Position numbers and translations under genes: made by a program
In this document: positions 44,655 to 55,468 of the stretch, one piece after another
Layout: every line of letters begins with the position of its first letter
Position numbering within the stretch: the first letter of the stretch is position 1
From: Solirubrobacterales bacterium 67-14
GTDB taxonomy: Bacteria > Actinomycetota > Thermoleophilia > Solirubrobacterales > 70-9
Reading direction: 5' to 3'
NCBI GenBank assembly: GCA_001897355.1
Contig: MKST01000002.1
Coordinates: forward strand, 351,387 to 415,386
DNA: 64,000 nt
Notes under the pieces: generated by a model
What the model was told of the DNA's origin: nothing
Databases searched by the model: none
Seen by the model: only the letters and a program-made list of their open reading frames with translations

Positions 44655-45076
44655 GATCCGCCCCGATGCGTCTGCTGAACGTGGACATCCTCGCTGAGGA
44701 TGTCCACGTTCTGGCCGGCTTCTACAACCAGGTCCTGGGGCTTCCGTTCGCGCTGCCCTATGCGCGCGAAGATGGGTGGGCCGCCTTGCGGATCGGCGAG
44801 GTGATGCTGTTCCTCTTGCCCTCGGATCAAGCTGAGCGGGATCCGAAGCGCAGCCCCGGTGAAGGGGGACGGCCCGGACTCGACTCGCTCGCGCTGGAGG
44901 TCGAGGATCTCGACTCGTCGATCGACGAGCTCGGGGAATCGGTGACCTGGGCCCAAAGCGAACCGACCCGGCTCGAGCAGCCGAGCGGCGAGGTCTTCCG
45001 CTTCCGGGGGCTCCACGACCCCGAGGGCAACCTGATCTATCTGTCCGAGTTCACGCCTTCGAGCCGCGGGAACTGA
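44651..45076 (+). CDS. VOC (glyoxalase/bleomycin-resistance) family protein
   Basis: 141 aa. Beta-alpha-beta-beta-beta-like pattern with RGLHDPEGNLIYL at the C-terminus. ATGA overlap with the upstream SBP gene. Confidence 0.7.
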   Translation: MRSAPMRLLNVDILAEDVHVLAGFYNQVLGLPFALPYAREDGWAALRIGEVMLFLLPSDQAERDPKRSPGEGGRPGLDSLALEVEDLDSSIDELGESVTWAQSEPTRLEQPSGEVFRFRGLHDPEGNLIYLSEFTPSSRGN

Positions 45077-45093
45077 GATTCGCCGGACGGCGG

Positions 45094-45876
45094 TCAGTCG
45101 CCGGTCTCGTCCAAGACCGCCTGGACGAGGCCGGCGACCATCGAATCGAAGCAGGCAGCGCCCTGCTCGGCGGTGACTCGGCGGGCGTCGTGGACCACCC
45201 CGGTCGCGGGAACCGAATCCACCGGCGTGGGCAGCACCTCGTACTGACGGGGACGGAACTCGACCGCTGCCGGCGCATCGGTGACCAGCTCCGGCTCCAG
45301 GTGGAGCATGATCGCGGTCTCGAGCAGGCCGGCGTGATCCGCCGCCCAGTCGAAGCCGTCGGCGCCGCCCTCGCCGAGAAGTTCGTTGGTCTCCGCCACC
45401 CCCATCAGGTCCCACGGCGAGGCGAAGAGGATCGACCGCGCCTCGGGATCCTGCCCCTGATGGGCGGCCCGCAGCGAATCCCAGAGGACCGAGGCGTTCT
45501 CCCAGTGCCAGGAGACGACGATGATCGTCTTCGCGCCGGCCTCCAGCGACCTCCGGACCACCGACTCGACGGTCTCCAGCAGGGTCGGGAGCGAAACGTC
45601 AGGACTGGCGAAGAGATCGCCGCCGCCGGACCGCGGGCGGGACGGAGCGCCGTAGGTGATGGTCGGCAGCACGGCGCCACCGACTCCTCTGGAGATCCCG
45701 TCCGCCAATGCCTCGGCGATCACCGCGTCGGTCGAGAGGGGCAGATGCGGGCCGTGCTGTTCGGTCGATCCGACCGGGAGGACCAACGGCATCCGGTCTC
45801 GCAGTCGAGCGGTCAGCTGGAACCAGTCGAAATCGACCGCGCGCCGGGATCCGCTCGAATCCTCGACCGCGGCCAT
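45094..45876 (-). CDS. Creatininase-fold amidohydrolase family protein
   Basis: Trimmed to the ATG at 45876. LVLPVGSTEQHGPHLPLSTD is the creatininase-family metal-binding signature. ATGA overlap with the TetR stop. Confidence 0.8.
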   Translation of the reverse strand: MAAVEDSSGSRRAVDFDWFQLTARLRDRMPLVLPVGSTEQHGPHLPLSTDAVIAEALADGISRGVGGAVLPTITYGAPSRPRSGGGDLFASPDVSLPTLLETVESVVRRSLEAGAKTIIVVSWHWENASVLWDSLRAAHQGQDPEARSILFASPWDLMGVAETNELLGEGGADGFDWAADHAGLLETAIMLHLEPELVTDAPAAVEFRPRQYEVLPTPVDSVPATGVVHDARRVTAEQGAACFDSMVAGLVQAVLDETGD

Positions 45877-46478
45877 CAGGATGCGTCCGCCTGCAACGAG
45901 TTGAGCGTGAAGTTGACCAGGATCTCGCCGATCTGGGACGGGGTGAGCCGCCCGTTCTCGCGATACCAGGTATCGACCTGGGTGCACATGGTGAGGATGG
46001 CGATGGTCAAGACCGCCGGATCCTCGACCGACCAGTTCAACTCTTTCTGCCCCGCGTCGATCAGTTCGCGCATGATCGCCTGATGCTCGTCCCGCAGGAC
46101 CAGGACCTTGGCGAGGTTCTCTTTCTCGAGCGCGTTCAACTGGACGTCGGCGACCTGGGCGGCGAGGCGGCGCGACGCATGGAACTCGACATGCCAAGTG
46201 AGGAAGACCCGCAGCCTTTCCTCCGAACCCTCGACGCCTTCGAGCCGTTCGACGGCACCGTCGAGCATGTCCTTGGTGGTCGTCCACACGATGTGCATGA
46301 GCAACTCCTGCTTGCTCGAGAAGTGGTTGTACACGCTGCCGGCCTTGATGTTCACCCCGGCCGCGATCTCCCTGAGGGTCGTGCTGTGGTAGCCCTTCTC
46401 GTAGAAGAGTTTGGTCGCCACAGCGACGATCCTTTCATCCGTCCGGCTCGCGCCCAAAGCTGATTCGTCGAGAGTCAT
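45876..46478 (-). CDS. TetR/AcrR family transcriptional regulator
   Basis: Trimmed to the ATG at 46478. RIVAVATKLFYEKGYHSTTLREIAAGVNIKAGSVYNHFSSKQELL HTH signature. Confidence 0.9.
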   Translation of the reverse strand: MTLDESALGASRTDERIVAVATKLFYEKGYHSTTLREIAAGVNIKAGSVYNHFSSKQELLMHIVWTTTKDMLDGAVERLEGVEGSEERLRVFLTWHVEFHASRRLAAQVADVQLNALEKENLAKVLVLRDEHQAIMRELIDAGQKELNWSVEDPAVLTIAILTMCTQVDTWYRENGRLTPSQIGEILVNFTLNSLQADAS

Positions 46479-46487
46479 CGCCGCAAG

Positions 46488-46503
46488 GCTAACGGCTGTT
46501 AGC
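46488..46503. promoter_or_regulatory. Operator-like site 2: GCTAACggctGTTAGC
   Basis: Perfect 6-bp arms, in the 57-nt gap between the TetR start (46478) and the acyl-CoA synthetase GTG (46536). Followed by the palindrome CCCGATAATCGGG (46520-46532), which contains a GATAAT -10-like hexamer. Confidence 0.45.
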
Positions 46504-46535
46504 GAGGAGCGTGCAGATACCCGATAATCGGGTCC

Positions 46536-48572
46536 GTGACGTTTCAAGGCAACCTCCTTCGCGCTGACATAGGTCCGCTGCTCGACGCCCGGTCAGTTGC
46601 CATATTCGGCGCCTCCGAGAAGCGGGGTGTGCACCGTGCGGCGATCGACAATCTCACCGCTTCCGGAACCAAGGCGTGGGGGGTCCACCCGACCCGTCGC
46701 GAGGTGCGCGGCATCGAGTGCGTGCCCACCGCGGCCGACCTGCCCGAGAGTCCGGATATCGCCCTGCTGCTGGTCGGGCATCAGCGCATCGAGGCACTGG
46801 CAGCCGACGCGATCGCCGCCGGGGCTCGGTCCCTGATCGTGCCCGGCCTCGGCCGCGAAGCGGGATCCGAGGCCGTCTCTATCAGCCGCTCGATCGCCGC
46901 CATGGCCGATCGGGCCGGCATCCCGATGATCGGCCCGAACTGCATCGGAGTGGCTGTGCCGGGTGGCGCGTCCGCCTGGGTGGGCACTCTCGGTCGCGAG
47001 ATCAAACCCGGGAACGTCTCGGCGATCGTGCATTCGGGCTCGGTCGGCGAAGCGCTTGCGGCGCTCGGCCCGAGAGTCGGCTTCCGCAGCATCCTCTCGA
47101 TCGGCAGCGAGGCCGACCGCGACGTCTCCGACATCATCGCCGCGATGGCCACGGATCCGGGCACCGAAGCGGTGGGCATCTTCCTCGAGACGATCCGCCG
47201 CCCCGGCGCTTTCCGTGAAGCGCTGACCATGCTGCGGGAGGCCGGCAAACCGGTGGTCTGCCTTCGGGTCGGAAGGTCCCAGGCCGGCACCAAGGCGACG
47301 TTGGCGCACACCGACGCGGTTCTCACCCCGAACCGGGCCTTCTCCGCCCTGGCCCGGGAAGTCGAGATGATCGAGGTCGACGATTTCGGCGAGATGGTCG
47401 AGACCCTCGAACTCCTGGGGCACCGGCGCCGGCCGGCCGGATCCCGGATCGCCGCGGTGACCCAGTCGGGCGGCCAGGCGGCCCTGTTCGCCGACCTGAT
47501 GAGCGAAACGGGCTTGCCGATGGCCGACTTCGGTCCGGATACCACCCGAAGCCTCGAAACATTGATGGGCGAGGGGATCCCGGTCTGCAATCCGCTGGAC
47601 GCCTGGACGATCGACGACACCGTCGGCAGCTACCTGCGGATATTCCAGGCCATCGCCGACTCGGGCGAATTCGACGTTCTCGCGCTCCAACTCGATCAGA
47701 CCCCCTTCACCGGGGAGATCGAGATCCAGGTCGGATTGCAGTTGCTCGAGGCGTTGATCGAAGCGACCGCCGACAAACCGGTCGCACCGGTGATGATCTC
47801 CGGCCAATCGAGCGAATCGGTCGCCGAGATCCGGCATCTGGCCGAACGCCATGACGTTCCGCTGCTGCGGGCCTCCGAGTTCGCGATCCGCGCCTTGGCC
47901 AGGGTGTCCCGCTGGGCCGACCGCACCATCGTCTGGGATGCCGGCCGCGACAGCGGGCCGCCGGCCAGCACCGTCCATCTCGGCGAGTTCAGGTCCAGCC
48001 AGATCCTTTCCGCTGCCGGCATCCGTTTCCCCGAACGGGAGCTGGCCGACAGCGCGGACGAGGCGGTCGCGGCGGCGCGGCGGATCGGCCTGCCGGTGGT
48101 CCTCAAGTCGAACGAGATCGCTCATCGCTCCGCCGTTTCCGCCGTGACGCTCGGACTGAAGACATTGGCCGGGGTCGCGGCCGAGTTCGATGCCCTCGAG
48201 GGACCGGTCATCGTCGCCTCACAGGTGGCCGCTGGTCCCGAGCTGTACATCGGTGGCCGCCACGACGGGCGGTTCGGGCCGATCGTCTGCGTCGGCTGGG
48301 GCGGCCAGGCCCTCGAGCACAGGGACAACGTGAGCTGCGCGCTCGCCCCGCTGACCCGCGAGGCCGCGCTCTCATTGACCGGGTCGATCGCGGGCCTGCG
48401 AGAAGTAGCCCCGGATGAGCTGATCGAGTCTTTCGTCGACGTGATCCTCGCCACGGCCACCTTCCTCGAATCGAGCCAGGTCGGCACCGCGGTGGACATG
48501 AACCCCGTGGTTCTGGTCGCCGGCCGGGGTGCGATAGCGCTCGACGCGCTCGTCGTGCCAGGGGAAGGCTGA
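46536..48572 (+). CDS. ADP-forming acyl-CoA synthetase (acetate--CoA ligase family, fused alpha/beta)
   Basis: N-terminal CoA-binding start (ARSVAIFGASEKRG), a succinyl-CoA-synthetase-like middle region, and a C-terminal ATP-grasp (GLPVVLKS...). 678 aa. Confidence 0.7.
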   Translation: MTFQGNLLRADIGPLLDARSVAIFGASEKRGVHRAAIDNLTASGTKAWGVHPTRREVRGIECVPTAADLPESPDIALLLVGHQRIEALAADAIAAGARSLIVPGLGREAGSEAVSISRSIAAMADRAGIPMIGPNCIGVAVPGGASAWVGTLGREIKPGNVSAIVHSGSVGEALAALGPRVGFRSILSIGSEADRDVSDIIAAMATDPGTEAVGIFLETIRRPGAFREALTMLREAGKPVVCLRVGRSQAGTKATLAHTDAVLTPNRAFSALAREVEMIEVDDFGEMVETLELLGHRRRPAGSRIAAVTQSGGQAALFADLMSETGLPMADFGPDTTRSLETLMGEGIPVCNPLDAWTIDDTVGSYLRIFQAIADSGEFDVLALQLDQTPFTGEIEIQVGLQLLEALIEATADKPVAPVMISGQSSESVAEIRHLAERHDVPLLRASEFAIRALARVSRWADRTIVWDAGRDSGPPASTVHLGEFRSSQILSAAGIRFPERELADSADEAVAAARRIGLPVVLKSNEIAHRSAVSAVTLGLKTLAGVAAEFDALEGPVIVASQVAAGPELYIGGRHDGRFGPIVCVGWGGQALEHRDNVSCALAPLTREAALSLTGSIAGLREVAPDELIESFVDVILATATFLESSQVGTAVDMNPVVLVAGRGAIALDALVVPGEG

Positions 48573-48598
48573 GCCCGGCGGGGTCGGTGCCGCCGGGC
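48573..48598. terminator. Bidirectional hairpin between convergent genes
   Basis: GCCCGGCGG (48573-48581), loop ggtcggtg, CCGCCGGGC (48590-48598). A perfect 9-bp stem followed by TCCTTCCTT. Confidence 0.55.
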
Positions 48599-48606
48599 TC
48601 CTTCCT

Positions 48607-49650
48607 TCATCGAAACACCTGCGCCAGCTCCTCCTGACTGTAGGTCGGGCTCGAATCGAGGATCCGATCGCCGATCACCGAGAGAATCACATGCGCCGAG
48701 AACCGTGCCGTGCGTCCGCCGCCCACGTCGTATTGCGGCAGCATCTCGGCCACGTCGAAGGCCTGGACCGACTCGTACTCCGGGATCACGGAGACCGCTT
48801 CGAAGACCTCGTGCGCGGTCAGGCCGTCGACGACGATGCTGTGGGTTCCCGGGGCATAGGCCCCGTCGACGGTGTCGATGTCAAAGGTGACGTAGACCGC
48901 GTCGACGCCTTCGGACACGATGTCGAGGGCCTCGCGGATGGTCTCTTGGACCCCGCGCCGGCGGATCGAGTCGACCGTATAGCCGACATAGCCCTTCTCC
49001 CGACACAGGTCGAACTGCTGCGGTTCGATGATGTGGGTGCCGTTCAGGCCCCACCAGGCCATCTTGCCGACCGCCGGGTGCTCGCTGATCCGCCGGGCGA
49101 AGGTTCCGTGGTTGTAGCGACCCATGTCCCGGAACTCGTCCCAGAGGTCGAAGTGGCCGTCCAGGTTGAGGAAGCCGACCTTGAAGTCCTCCTTGACCTG
49201 CTGCATCCCTTCGATGAATCCGAGCAACGACGGGTACGGGATGTAGTGGTCTCCACCGAGCATGACCGGCATCGCGCCCTGCTCGGTCACTTTGCGGACG
49301 TGGTCGGCGATCGCCCTGGTCTGGGCTTCGGCATCGCCCTGGTGCAGGCGCACGTCACCGGTGTCGAAGAGCCGCGGCTCGGCCGGGACCCGCGATACCG
49401 ATCCGTCGGCCACGTTGATGTAGCCCTCGTCCAAGGGCACCTGCAGGCCGTAGTAGGCCGCCAGGTACAGCGACGATTCACGGATCGCCCGGGGGCCCAT
49501 CCGCTGGCCGTTGCGACCGAGGGTCCACGAGTCGAGCGGGATGCCGACGATTCCGACCCCGCCCTTCGGGACTTCCTCGGGAGCGCAGGCCGGAGCCCGG
49601 TAGAAGGTGATGGGGCCCGAGTAGTGATGAACCAGATCTAGCTGTGGCAT
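48607..49650 (-). CDS. Ureohydrolase (agmatinase/arginase/guanidino-acid hydrolase family)
   Basis: Mn-ligand motifs LGGDH, LDGHFDLWD and TFDIDTVDGAYAPGT. 347 aa. Confidence 0.85.
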   Translation of the reverse strand: MPQLDLVHHYSGPITFYRAPACAPEEVPKGGVGIVGIPLDSWTLGRNGQRMGPRAIRESSLYLAAYYGLQVPLDEGYINVADGSVSRVPAEPRLFDTGDVRLHQGDAEAQTRAIADHVRKVTEQGAMPVMLGGDHYIPYPSLLGFIEGMQQVKEDFKVGFLNLDGHFDLWDEFRDMGRYNHGTFARRISEHPAVGKMAWWGLNGTHIIEPQQFDLCREKGYVGYTVDSIRRRGVQETIREALDIVSEGVDAVYVTFDIDTVDGAYAPGTHSIVVDGLTAHEVFEAVSVIPEYESVQAFDVAEMLPQYDVGGGRTARFSAHVILSVIGDRILDSSPTYSQEELAQVFR

Positions 49651-49665
49651 CTCAGTCTCCTTTGA

Positions 49666-50817
49666 TCACTTGACGAAGAGGTCGGACGGGACGTTGTTGA
49701 GGATCTCCGGCCCGTTCTCGGTCACGAGCACGTTGTTGCCGAGCATCATCGTCTGTCCGGACGCGTATGAGAGGCCGGGCTCCATGGTGATCACCATGCC
49801 GGGTTCGAGCACGTGGTCGTCACCCTTCATCAAGCTCAGGCCACCGATCCAGATCGGCGGGTAGGCGATCTCCATGCTGAAGCCGAAGCGGCCCCAGGTG
49901 TTCTCTTCCCAGCCGCTGTGGCACTTGGCGACCAGCTCGGTGATCTCAGTCACCGAGACCCCGGGCCGAAGCGCGTCGGTGCCGAGGTCGAGCGCTTCCT
50001 TCACGACCTTGTAGAGCTCCCGCACCTCCTTCGAAGGCTCGCCCACCGAGACCGTCCGCGAGATGTTGCAGTGGTAGCGACGACAGACTCCGGAAACCTC
50101 CATGTAGACGGTGTCACCGGGACCGAGGATCTTGCCGGTCGGCGTGCCGTGGAGGGTGCCTCGCGCATCGACCAGGAACGGGTAGGCGGGGAACTCGCCG
50201 CCGTTGGTGGAGACCGCCTGCTGAATCGCGCCCATGACCTCGCGATCGGTCACGCCTTCGCGGATCGCGTTGATGCCCGCGGTCACGCCGAGGTCGGCCA
50301 TGTGCGCGGCCCGGCGCAGGTAGTCGATCTCTGCCTCCGACTTCACCAGCCGCAGGTCGTCGACGCCGGCACAGACATCGACCAGTTCCGCCTTCGGCAA
50401 GGCCTGCTGGAAGCCGAGCGCGTAGACCGGCTTCAGGTGGTAGCTGTGGAGGTTGAGGCCGAGGCGGATCTCCTTGTCGTCGAGCCCCAGTTCGCGGACC
50501 ACTTCCATGGTGCGCTCGACCTGGTCCTCGTGGGTCCAAACCACCCGGACGTCCTCGACCCAGCAGGTCTCGTCATAGAGCGCCATCTCCGCCTTGTTGC
50601 AGATCAGGGTCGGCTCCCGCGAGGAATCCGTGTCGATTACCAGGGCCTGGAAGTAGAAGACGCTGGTCGGGTCGTATCCCGACAGCCAGTTGTAGTGCTC
50701 GGGTTGGCTGAGGATCAGCAGGTCGAGGTTCTGCTCTTCCATCCAGGCTCTGGTGCGGGCGAGCCGATCCTGGTATTCCTCTACCGAGACGGCCATTCGT
50801 GGTGCTTGACGGGGCAT
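49666..50817 (-). CDS. M24 family metallopeptidase (Xaa-Pro dipeptidase / creatinase-like)
   Basis: Creatinase/prolidase-type N-terminal domain plus a pita-bread C-terminal domain (GDTVYMEVSG...YHCNISRT...MEPG). Alternative start ATG 50796. Confidence 0.8.
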   Translation of the reverse strand: MPRQAPRMAVSVEEYQDRLARTRAWMEEQNLDLLILSQPEHYNWLSGYDPTSVFYFQALVIDTDSSREPTLICNKAEMALYDETCWVEDVRVVWTHEDQVERTMEVVRELGLDDKEIRLGLNLHSYHLKPVYALGFQQALPKAELVDVCAGVDDLRLVKSEAEIDYLRRAAHMADLGVTAGINAIREGVTDREVMGAIQQAVSTNGGEFPAYPFLVDARGTLHGTPTGKILGPGDTVYMEVSGVCRRYHCNISRTVSVGEPSKEVRELYKVVKEALDLGTDALRPGVSVTEITELVAKCHSGWEENTWGRFGFSMEIAYPPIWIGGLSLMKGDDHVLEPGMVITMEPGLSYASGQTMMLGNNVLVTENGPEILNNVPSDLFVK

Positions 50818-50849
50818 GTATCTGACTCCTTTGTGTGAGCTTCTGAGTT

Positions 50850-52388
50850 TTAGGAAACGACCGTGCGGCTCTGCTCACGCATGAACTGAGGCACGTAGTG
50901 GGGGCCAAGGCCGCCCTTTCCGGTGGTGCCGCTGGACTTCCAGCCGCAGAATGACTGGGTGCCCGGCCAGGCGCCGGTGGTGGCACCGGCGCCGCGATTC
51001 ACATAGGTGACACCGGCTTCGATCCGGTCGAGGAACTCCTCGGCCTCGGCGGTGTCCTCGGTGAATATTCCAGCGGTCAGGCCGTACTCGACATCGTTTG
51101 CTTCGCTGATCGCGTCGTCGAGTGATTCGACCCGGGTGACCGTGACAAAGGGCATGAACTGCTCTTCCCGGGTCAGCCAGTGGCCGCGTGGCAGGTCCGC
51201 GACGACGGTCGGCTCGACGAAGTGGCCCGGCAGGTCGGGGCGGTTGCCGCCGGCAACCACCCGGCCCTCGTCCCGTGCGGCCTTTACCGCGGCGTCGAAG
51301 CGTTCGACCGCCCGCTCGTTGATGACCGGGCCGAGGAAGCTGGACCGGTCCTCAGGCGGGCCGACCTGGAGGGAAGAGGTGAAGGTGCCCAGCTTTTCGA
51401 TCAGCTCGTCTGCGACCTCGTCGACGACGATCGCCCTGGAGCAGGCGCTGCACTTCTGGCCGGAGAGGCCGAAGGCGGCGCGGGCGATGCCCTCGGCCGC
51501 CTTGTCGAGATCCGCCGAAGCGGTCACGATGGCCGGATTCTTGCCACCCATCTCGGTCAGTGCCGGGCGGGCAAACTTGCCGGAGTGCATCTTGCGGGCG
51601 ATCTCCTGCCCGACTTCGGCGGAGCCGGTGAAGGCGACTCCGTCCACATTGGCGTCGACCAGCAGGCGGCCGGTCTCGCCGTCGCCCTGGACCAGGTTGA
51701 ACACCCCGGCGGGCATACCGCCCTCGACCATCGCTTCGGCGATGAAGGCGCCCGACCAGGGAGCCTCCTCGGATGGCTTGAGGATGGCGGTGTTGCCGCC
51801 GACCATGGCCGCGACCGACATCCCGATGCAGAGCGCGACCGGGAAGTTGAACGGACCGACCACCGCGAAGACTCCGTAGGGGCGCAGCGTGTCGACGTTG
51901 CTCTCGTTGTCGACGAAGGTCTTGAGCGGACGGGTGAAGCCCTCGTTGTCCTCCATCTCGGAGCAGTAGGTCTCGATCAGCTCGACCCCCTCCTGCACTT
52001 CGAGGATCGCCTCGACCCGGCTCTTGCCGGTCTCCAGGGCGACGATCGCCGCGCCTTCGATCTTGCGGCGGTCGATCACTTCGGCGACCGCCCGGAGGAT
52101 CCGGCAACGCTCCTTGTAGTCGGTCCGGCGCCAGGCGCTGGCGGCGTCCCGGGCGGCGGCGACGGCCGCTTCCACCTCGGCGGGGCCGCCCTCGTGGTAG
52201 CGCGATGCGACCCTGGACGTGTCCACCGGATCGAGGCGGTCGCCGAGCTCTCCCGCCTGCGACCACTCCGCACCGATCAGGTGACCGCAGTCCTTTGGGC
52301 TCTCGTCGCGGACCTTGGCCAGCGCCGACTCGAACTGCTCGTCGACCTCTGCGCCGAAACTGCCGCTGGTGTAAGTGAGACGTGTCAT
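50850..52388 (-). CDS. Aldehyde dehydrogenase, P5C/glutamate-semialdehyde dehydrogenase-like (RocA/PruA type)
   Basis: ALDH motifs [15 protein letters not shown] and catalytic [10 protein letters not shown] associate this Cys context and the 512-aa length with P5C dehydrogenases. Confidence 0.8.
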   Translation of the reverse strand: MTRLTYTSGSFGAEVDEQFESALAKVRDESPKDCGHLIGAEWSQAGELGDRLDPVDTSRVASRYHEGGPAEVEAAVAAARDAASAWRRTDYKERCRILRAVAEVIDRRKIEGAAIVALETGKSRVEAILEVQEGVELIETYCSEMEDNEGFTRPLKTFVDNESNVDTLRPYGVFAVVGPFNFPVALCIGMSVAAMVGGNTAILKPSEEAPWSGAFIAEAMVEGGMPAGVFNLVQGDGETGRLLVDANVDGVAFTGSAEVGQEIARKMHSGKFARPALTEMGGKNPAIVTASADLDKAAEGIARAAFGLSGQKCSACSRAIVVDEVADELIEKLGTFTSSLQVGPPEDRSSFLGPVINERAVERFDAAVKAARDEGRVVAGGNRPDLPGHFVEPTVVADLPRGHWLTREEQFMPFVTVTRVESLDDAISEANDVEYGLTAGIFTEDTAEAEEFLDRIEAGVTYVNRGAGATTGAWPGTQSFCGWKSSGTTGKGGLGPHYVPQFMREQSRTVVS

Positions 52389-53617
52389 TCGGACTCTCCT
52401 TCGGACGCCCCTCTGGCGCCGTCGATAGCCGGTTCGCCGGCCTTGTTTACGTGTTCGAAAATCGCCGCCTGTCCTTGGCCGACCCCGACGCAGAGCGTGG
52501 CCAGCCCGTACCTGGCGTCCCGGGCGGGCATCTCATGCAGCAGCCCGACCACCAGGCGGGCGCCACTCATGCCGAGCGGGTGACCCATCGCGATCGCGCC
52601 GCCGTTGACGTTGACCCGCTCCTCGTCGATGCCGAGTTCACGGACCACCGCCAGGCTCTGCGAGGCGAAGGCCTCGTTCAACTCGACCAGGTCGAGATCG
52701 CCGGTACCGAGGCCGGCCCGGTCCAGGGCCCGTCGGGTCGCCAGCACGGGACCGATTCCCATGTAGCGGGGATCGACCCCGGCCGACCCCGAAGCGACGT
52801 AGCGAAGCCCGGGAAGGTGGCCGTGACGCTGCAAGTAGTCGGCGCTCGCGATCACGACGGCGGCGGCGCCGTCGTTCATGCCGCTGGAGTTGCCGGCGGT
52901 CACGGTCCCGTCGGTGCGAAAGGCCGGTTTGAGGCGAGCCAGCGACTCGAGCTCGGTATCGGGGCGCGGATGCTCGTCCCGGTCGAGACCCTCGACCGCG
53001 ACCAGCTGGCCCTCGAAGCGCCCCTCCCGATCGGCTTCGGCCCATCGCTGCTGGCTGCGCAGGGCGAACCGGTCCTGATCTTCACGACTCACGTTCCAGC
53101 GATCAGCGACGTTCTCCCCGGTCTCGCCCATGCTTTCGAGCGGCACCCTTTCGGCCATCTTCGGGTTGGGGAAGCGCCATCCGAGCGTGCTGTCGTACAT
53201 CGTGCGCTCGCCCCGCTCGAAGGGTCGCGACGACTTGCCGACCACCAGTGGCGAGCGGCTCATCGATTCGACCCCGCCGGCGATCACCAGGTCCGCCTCT
53301 CCGGAGCGGACCGCCTGGCAGGCCGCGACCACGGCCGAGAGCCCGGAGGCGCAGAGCCGGTTGAGCGTGACCGCCGGGATCTCTTCCGGCAGACCGGCAA
53401 GCAGCGTCGCCATGCGGGCGACGTTGCGGTTGTCCTCTCCGGCCTGGTTGGCGCAGCCGAAGTAGACCTCGTCGATTTCCCCCGGGTCGATCCCGCTGCG
53501 CTCGACGGTCTCCTTGAGGACCGTCGCGGCGAGATCGTCGGGACGCACCCCGGAGAGGGCGCCGCCGAATCGTCCGATCGGGGAGCGGAACCCGGCGAGC
53601 ACATACGCGTCAGTCAT
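52385..53617 (-). CDS. Acetyl-CoA C-acyltransferase (thiolase)
   Basis: Trimmed to the ATG at 53617 (GGAGGAGG RBS). NRLCASGL active-site Cys, [21 protein letters not shown] overlap with the ALDH gene. Confidence 0.9.
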   Translation of the reverse strand: MTDAYVLAGFRSPIGRFGGALSGVRPDDLAATVLKETVERSGIDPGEIDEVYFGCANQAGEDNRNVARMATLLAGLPEEIPAVTLNRLCASGLSAVVAACQAVRSGEADLVIAGGVESMSRSPLVVGKSSRPFERGERTMYDSTLGWRFPNPKMAERVPLESMGETGENVADRWNVSREDQDRFALRSQQRWAEADREGRFEGQLVAVEGLDRDEHPRPDTELESLARLKPAFRTDGTVTAGNSSGMNDGAAAVVIASADYLQRHGHLPGLRYVASGSAGVDPRYMGIGPVLATRRALDRAGLGTGDLDLVELNEAFASQSLAVVRELGIDEERVNVNGGAIAMGHPLGMSGARLVVGLLHEMPARDARYGLATLCVGVGQGQAAIFEHVNKAGEPAIDGARGASEGESE

Positions 53618-54281
53618 CGATTCCTCCTCCGACTTCCATCCGCTCGAGCTCAGGCGAGGTCCGCAGCGGCCAGCCGACCACCGCGTCCACATCCGCGACC
53701 TCGACCCCTTCGTACAGCCGCCAGAGCTCGACCTCGTCGCCGCCGGGCGCGCGCCGCAGGACGCACTGGTCCGTGACGATCAGGATCTCTGCCCGCTCTG
53801 GCGGGGCGCTCGTCACGAAGTTGACTTCGGCCGGGAAGCGACGTTCCTGCAAGGGCGAGAGGAGCAGGGAACGCTTCGCGTACTGCACGATCTCGCAGGC
53901 TCCGCCGCTTCCGGGAAGCCGCACCTTCGGGCTTTCGTAGGGGCCGATCACCGTGCTGTTGAGCCGGCCCAGCCGGTCGATTTCGGCCGCCCCGACAAAG
54001 GCGGTGTCGATTCGGCCCCCCTCGATCAGGAAGGTGAATACATCGGCGACGGAGAGAGACTGCAGGGCACCGGCGAACAGGGTCGGGTCGCCGATCGAGA
54101 GCGGCGGACGGGCCGGCCGGGACCCGATCGCGCCCGATTCGTATACGAGCGTGAGCTCCGGTGCGTGGGATCCCTGGGCGAGGGTCGCGGCCTGGCCGGG
54201 CATGCCGACCCCGACCAGGACGGTCTCGTTGTTGCCGAGGAAGCCGGCCGCGGCGGTGAGCATGCGGTCTCGCGAGTTCAA
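53610..54281 (-). CDS. Family-I CoA-transferase, subunit B-like
   Basis: 223 aa. N-terminal [26 protein letters not shown] resembles glutaconate/3-oxoacid CoA-transferase beta subunits. Pairs with 55469..56395. Confidence 0.6.
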   Translation of the reverse strand: MNSRDRMLTAAAGFLGNNETVLVGVGMPGQAATLAQGSHAPELTLVYESGAIGSRPARPPLSIGDPTLFAGALQSLSVADVFTFLIEGGRIDTAFVGAAEIDRLGRLNSTVIGPYESPKVRLPGSGGACEIVQYAKRSLLLSPLQERRFPAEVNFVTSAPPERAEILIVTDQCVLRRAPGGDEVELWRLYEGVEVADVDAVVGWPLRTSPELERMEVGGGIDD

Positions 54282-54282
54282 G

Positions 54283-55464
54283 TCAATCGGCTCCCGACCT
54301 GACCGTGTCCTCGGACAGGGAGGGACGACCAGGCTTCATGGCCTCGGCTCCTTCGAGCACGCGGGCGTCGCCGTCGAGGATCCAGGAGGCGGCGACCTCG
54401 CCCAGCACCGGGGAGAGCTGGATGCCGGAGCCGCCGGCTCCGCCGACCGTGATGAACCGGTCGTGGCCGACGCTGGGACCGACCTGTGGCAGGCCATCGG
54501 GGCTGATCGGGTAAAGGCCGGCCCAGCCGTCGCCGAGTCCAGCGTCAGGGAAACCCGGCAGCCGCGACTCCAGCTTGGCGGCCAGCAGCTCGAGGAACTC
54601 CTGGTCGGCGCTCCGGTGGTAGTCGTCGGGATTGACCGTTCCTTCGTGAACCTCTTCCGAGTGGAGGCCGGCAACCAGCATCCCGTCCCGCTCGTGACGG
54701 AAGTACAGGCCGGTGTCGCCCGAATGCGGCACGTAGTCCATGACCGACGGCATCAGGTAGCCGTAGTCGACGTTCGTCGCGACCATCGCCGCCTGGTGGC
54801 GCTGGGCGATGACCGGGGTCTCGATGCCGACCAGGGCACTTATCTCGCCGATCCACGAACCGGCGGCATTGACCAGGTAGTCGCATTCGAACCGCGCGTC
54901 GTTATCGGTCACGACCGTGTAACCGCGGCCGTTCTCCACGAGGCCCGTGACCTTGTGCTTGACCTTGACCTGGATCCCACGCTCCTGAAGCTGTTCGGCC
55001 AGAAGGGTGCAGTAGAGGTGGCCGTCGATGTACCCGTCGCTGGGACCGAAGAGCCCGCCGAGGATGTCGTCGCAGCGCATCTGGGGGATCCGTTCCGCGA
55101 TCTCCTCGGGGCCGAGGAACGTCGCGTCGGTGACCCCGAGCTCCTTCTGGATCTCGACGCTCTTCTCGGCCGCGAGCAGCGAAGCTTCGTCCCGGGCGAG
55201 GCGCAGGTAGCCGTTGCGCACGACGTCCAGGCCGTGATCTCGCTCCAGGCGCTTGAAGAACTCCATCGCCCGTACCCGCAGCCGGATGTCCAGCGGCTTC
55301 ATGTACTGCGTCTCGATGATGCCTACCGAGAGACCGGAGGAAGCCGAAGCCACATAGTCGGCTTCGAGCACGGTCACGTCTTTGACGCCTCGCTCGGAGA
55401 GGAAGAACGCCGTAGCCAATCCGACTGCTCCACCGCCTATGACGACAACTCGATTTCCATCCAT
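54283..55464 (-). CDS. DAO-family FAD-dependent oxidoreductase (sarcosine/opine/D-amino-acid oxidase-like)
   Basis: Trimmed to the ATG at 55464. Dinucleotide fold VVVIGGGAVGLATAFFLSERG. About 390 aa. Confidence 0.75.
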   Translation of the reverse strand: MDGNRVVVIGGGAVGLATAFFLSERGVKDVTVLEADYVASASSGLSVGIIETQYMKPLDIRLRVRAMEFFKRLERDHGLDVVRNGYLRLARDEASLLAAEKSVEIQKELGVTDATFLGPEEIAERIPQMRCDDILGGLFGPSDGYIDGHLYCTLLAEQLQERGIQVKVKHKVTGLVENGRGYTVVTDNDARFECDYLVNAAGSWIGEISALVGIETPVIAQRHQAAMVATNVDYGYLMPSVMDYVPHSGDTGLYFRHERDGMLVAGLHSEEVHEGTVNPDDYHRSADQEFLELLAAKLESRLPGFPDAGLGDGWAGLYPISPDGLPQVGPSVGHDRFITVGGAGGSGIQLSPVLGEVAASWILDGDARVLEGAEAMKPGRPSLSEDTVRSGAD

Positions 55465-55468
55465 TAGC

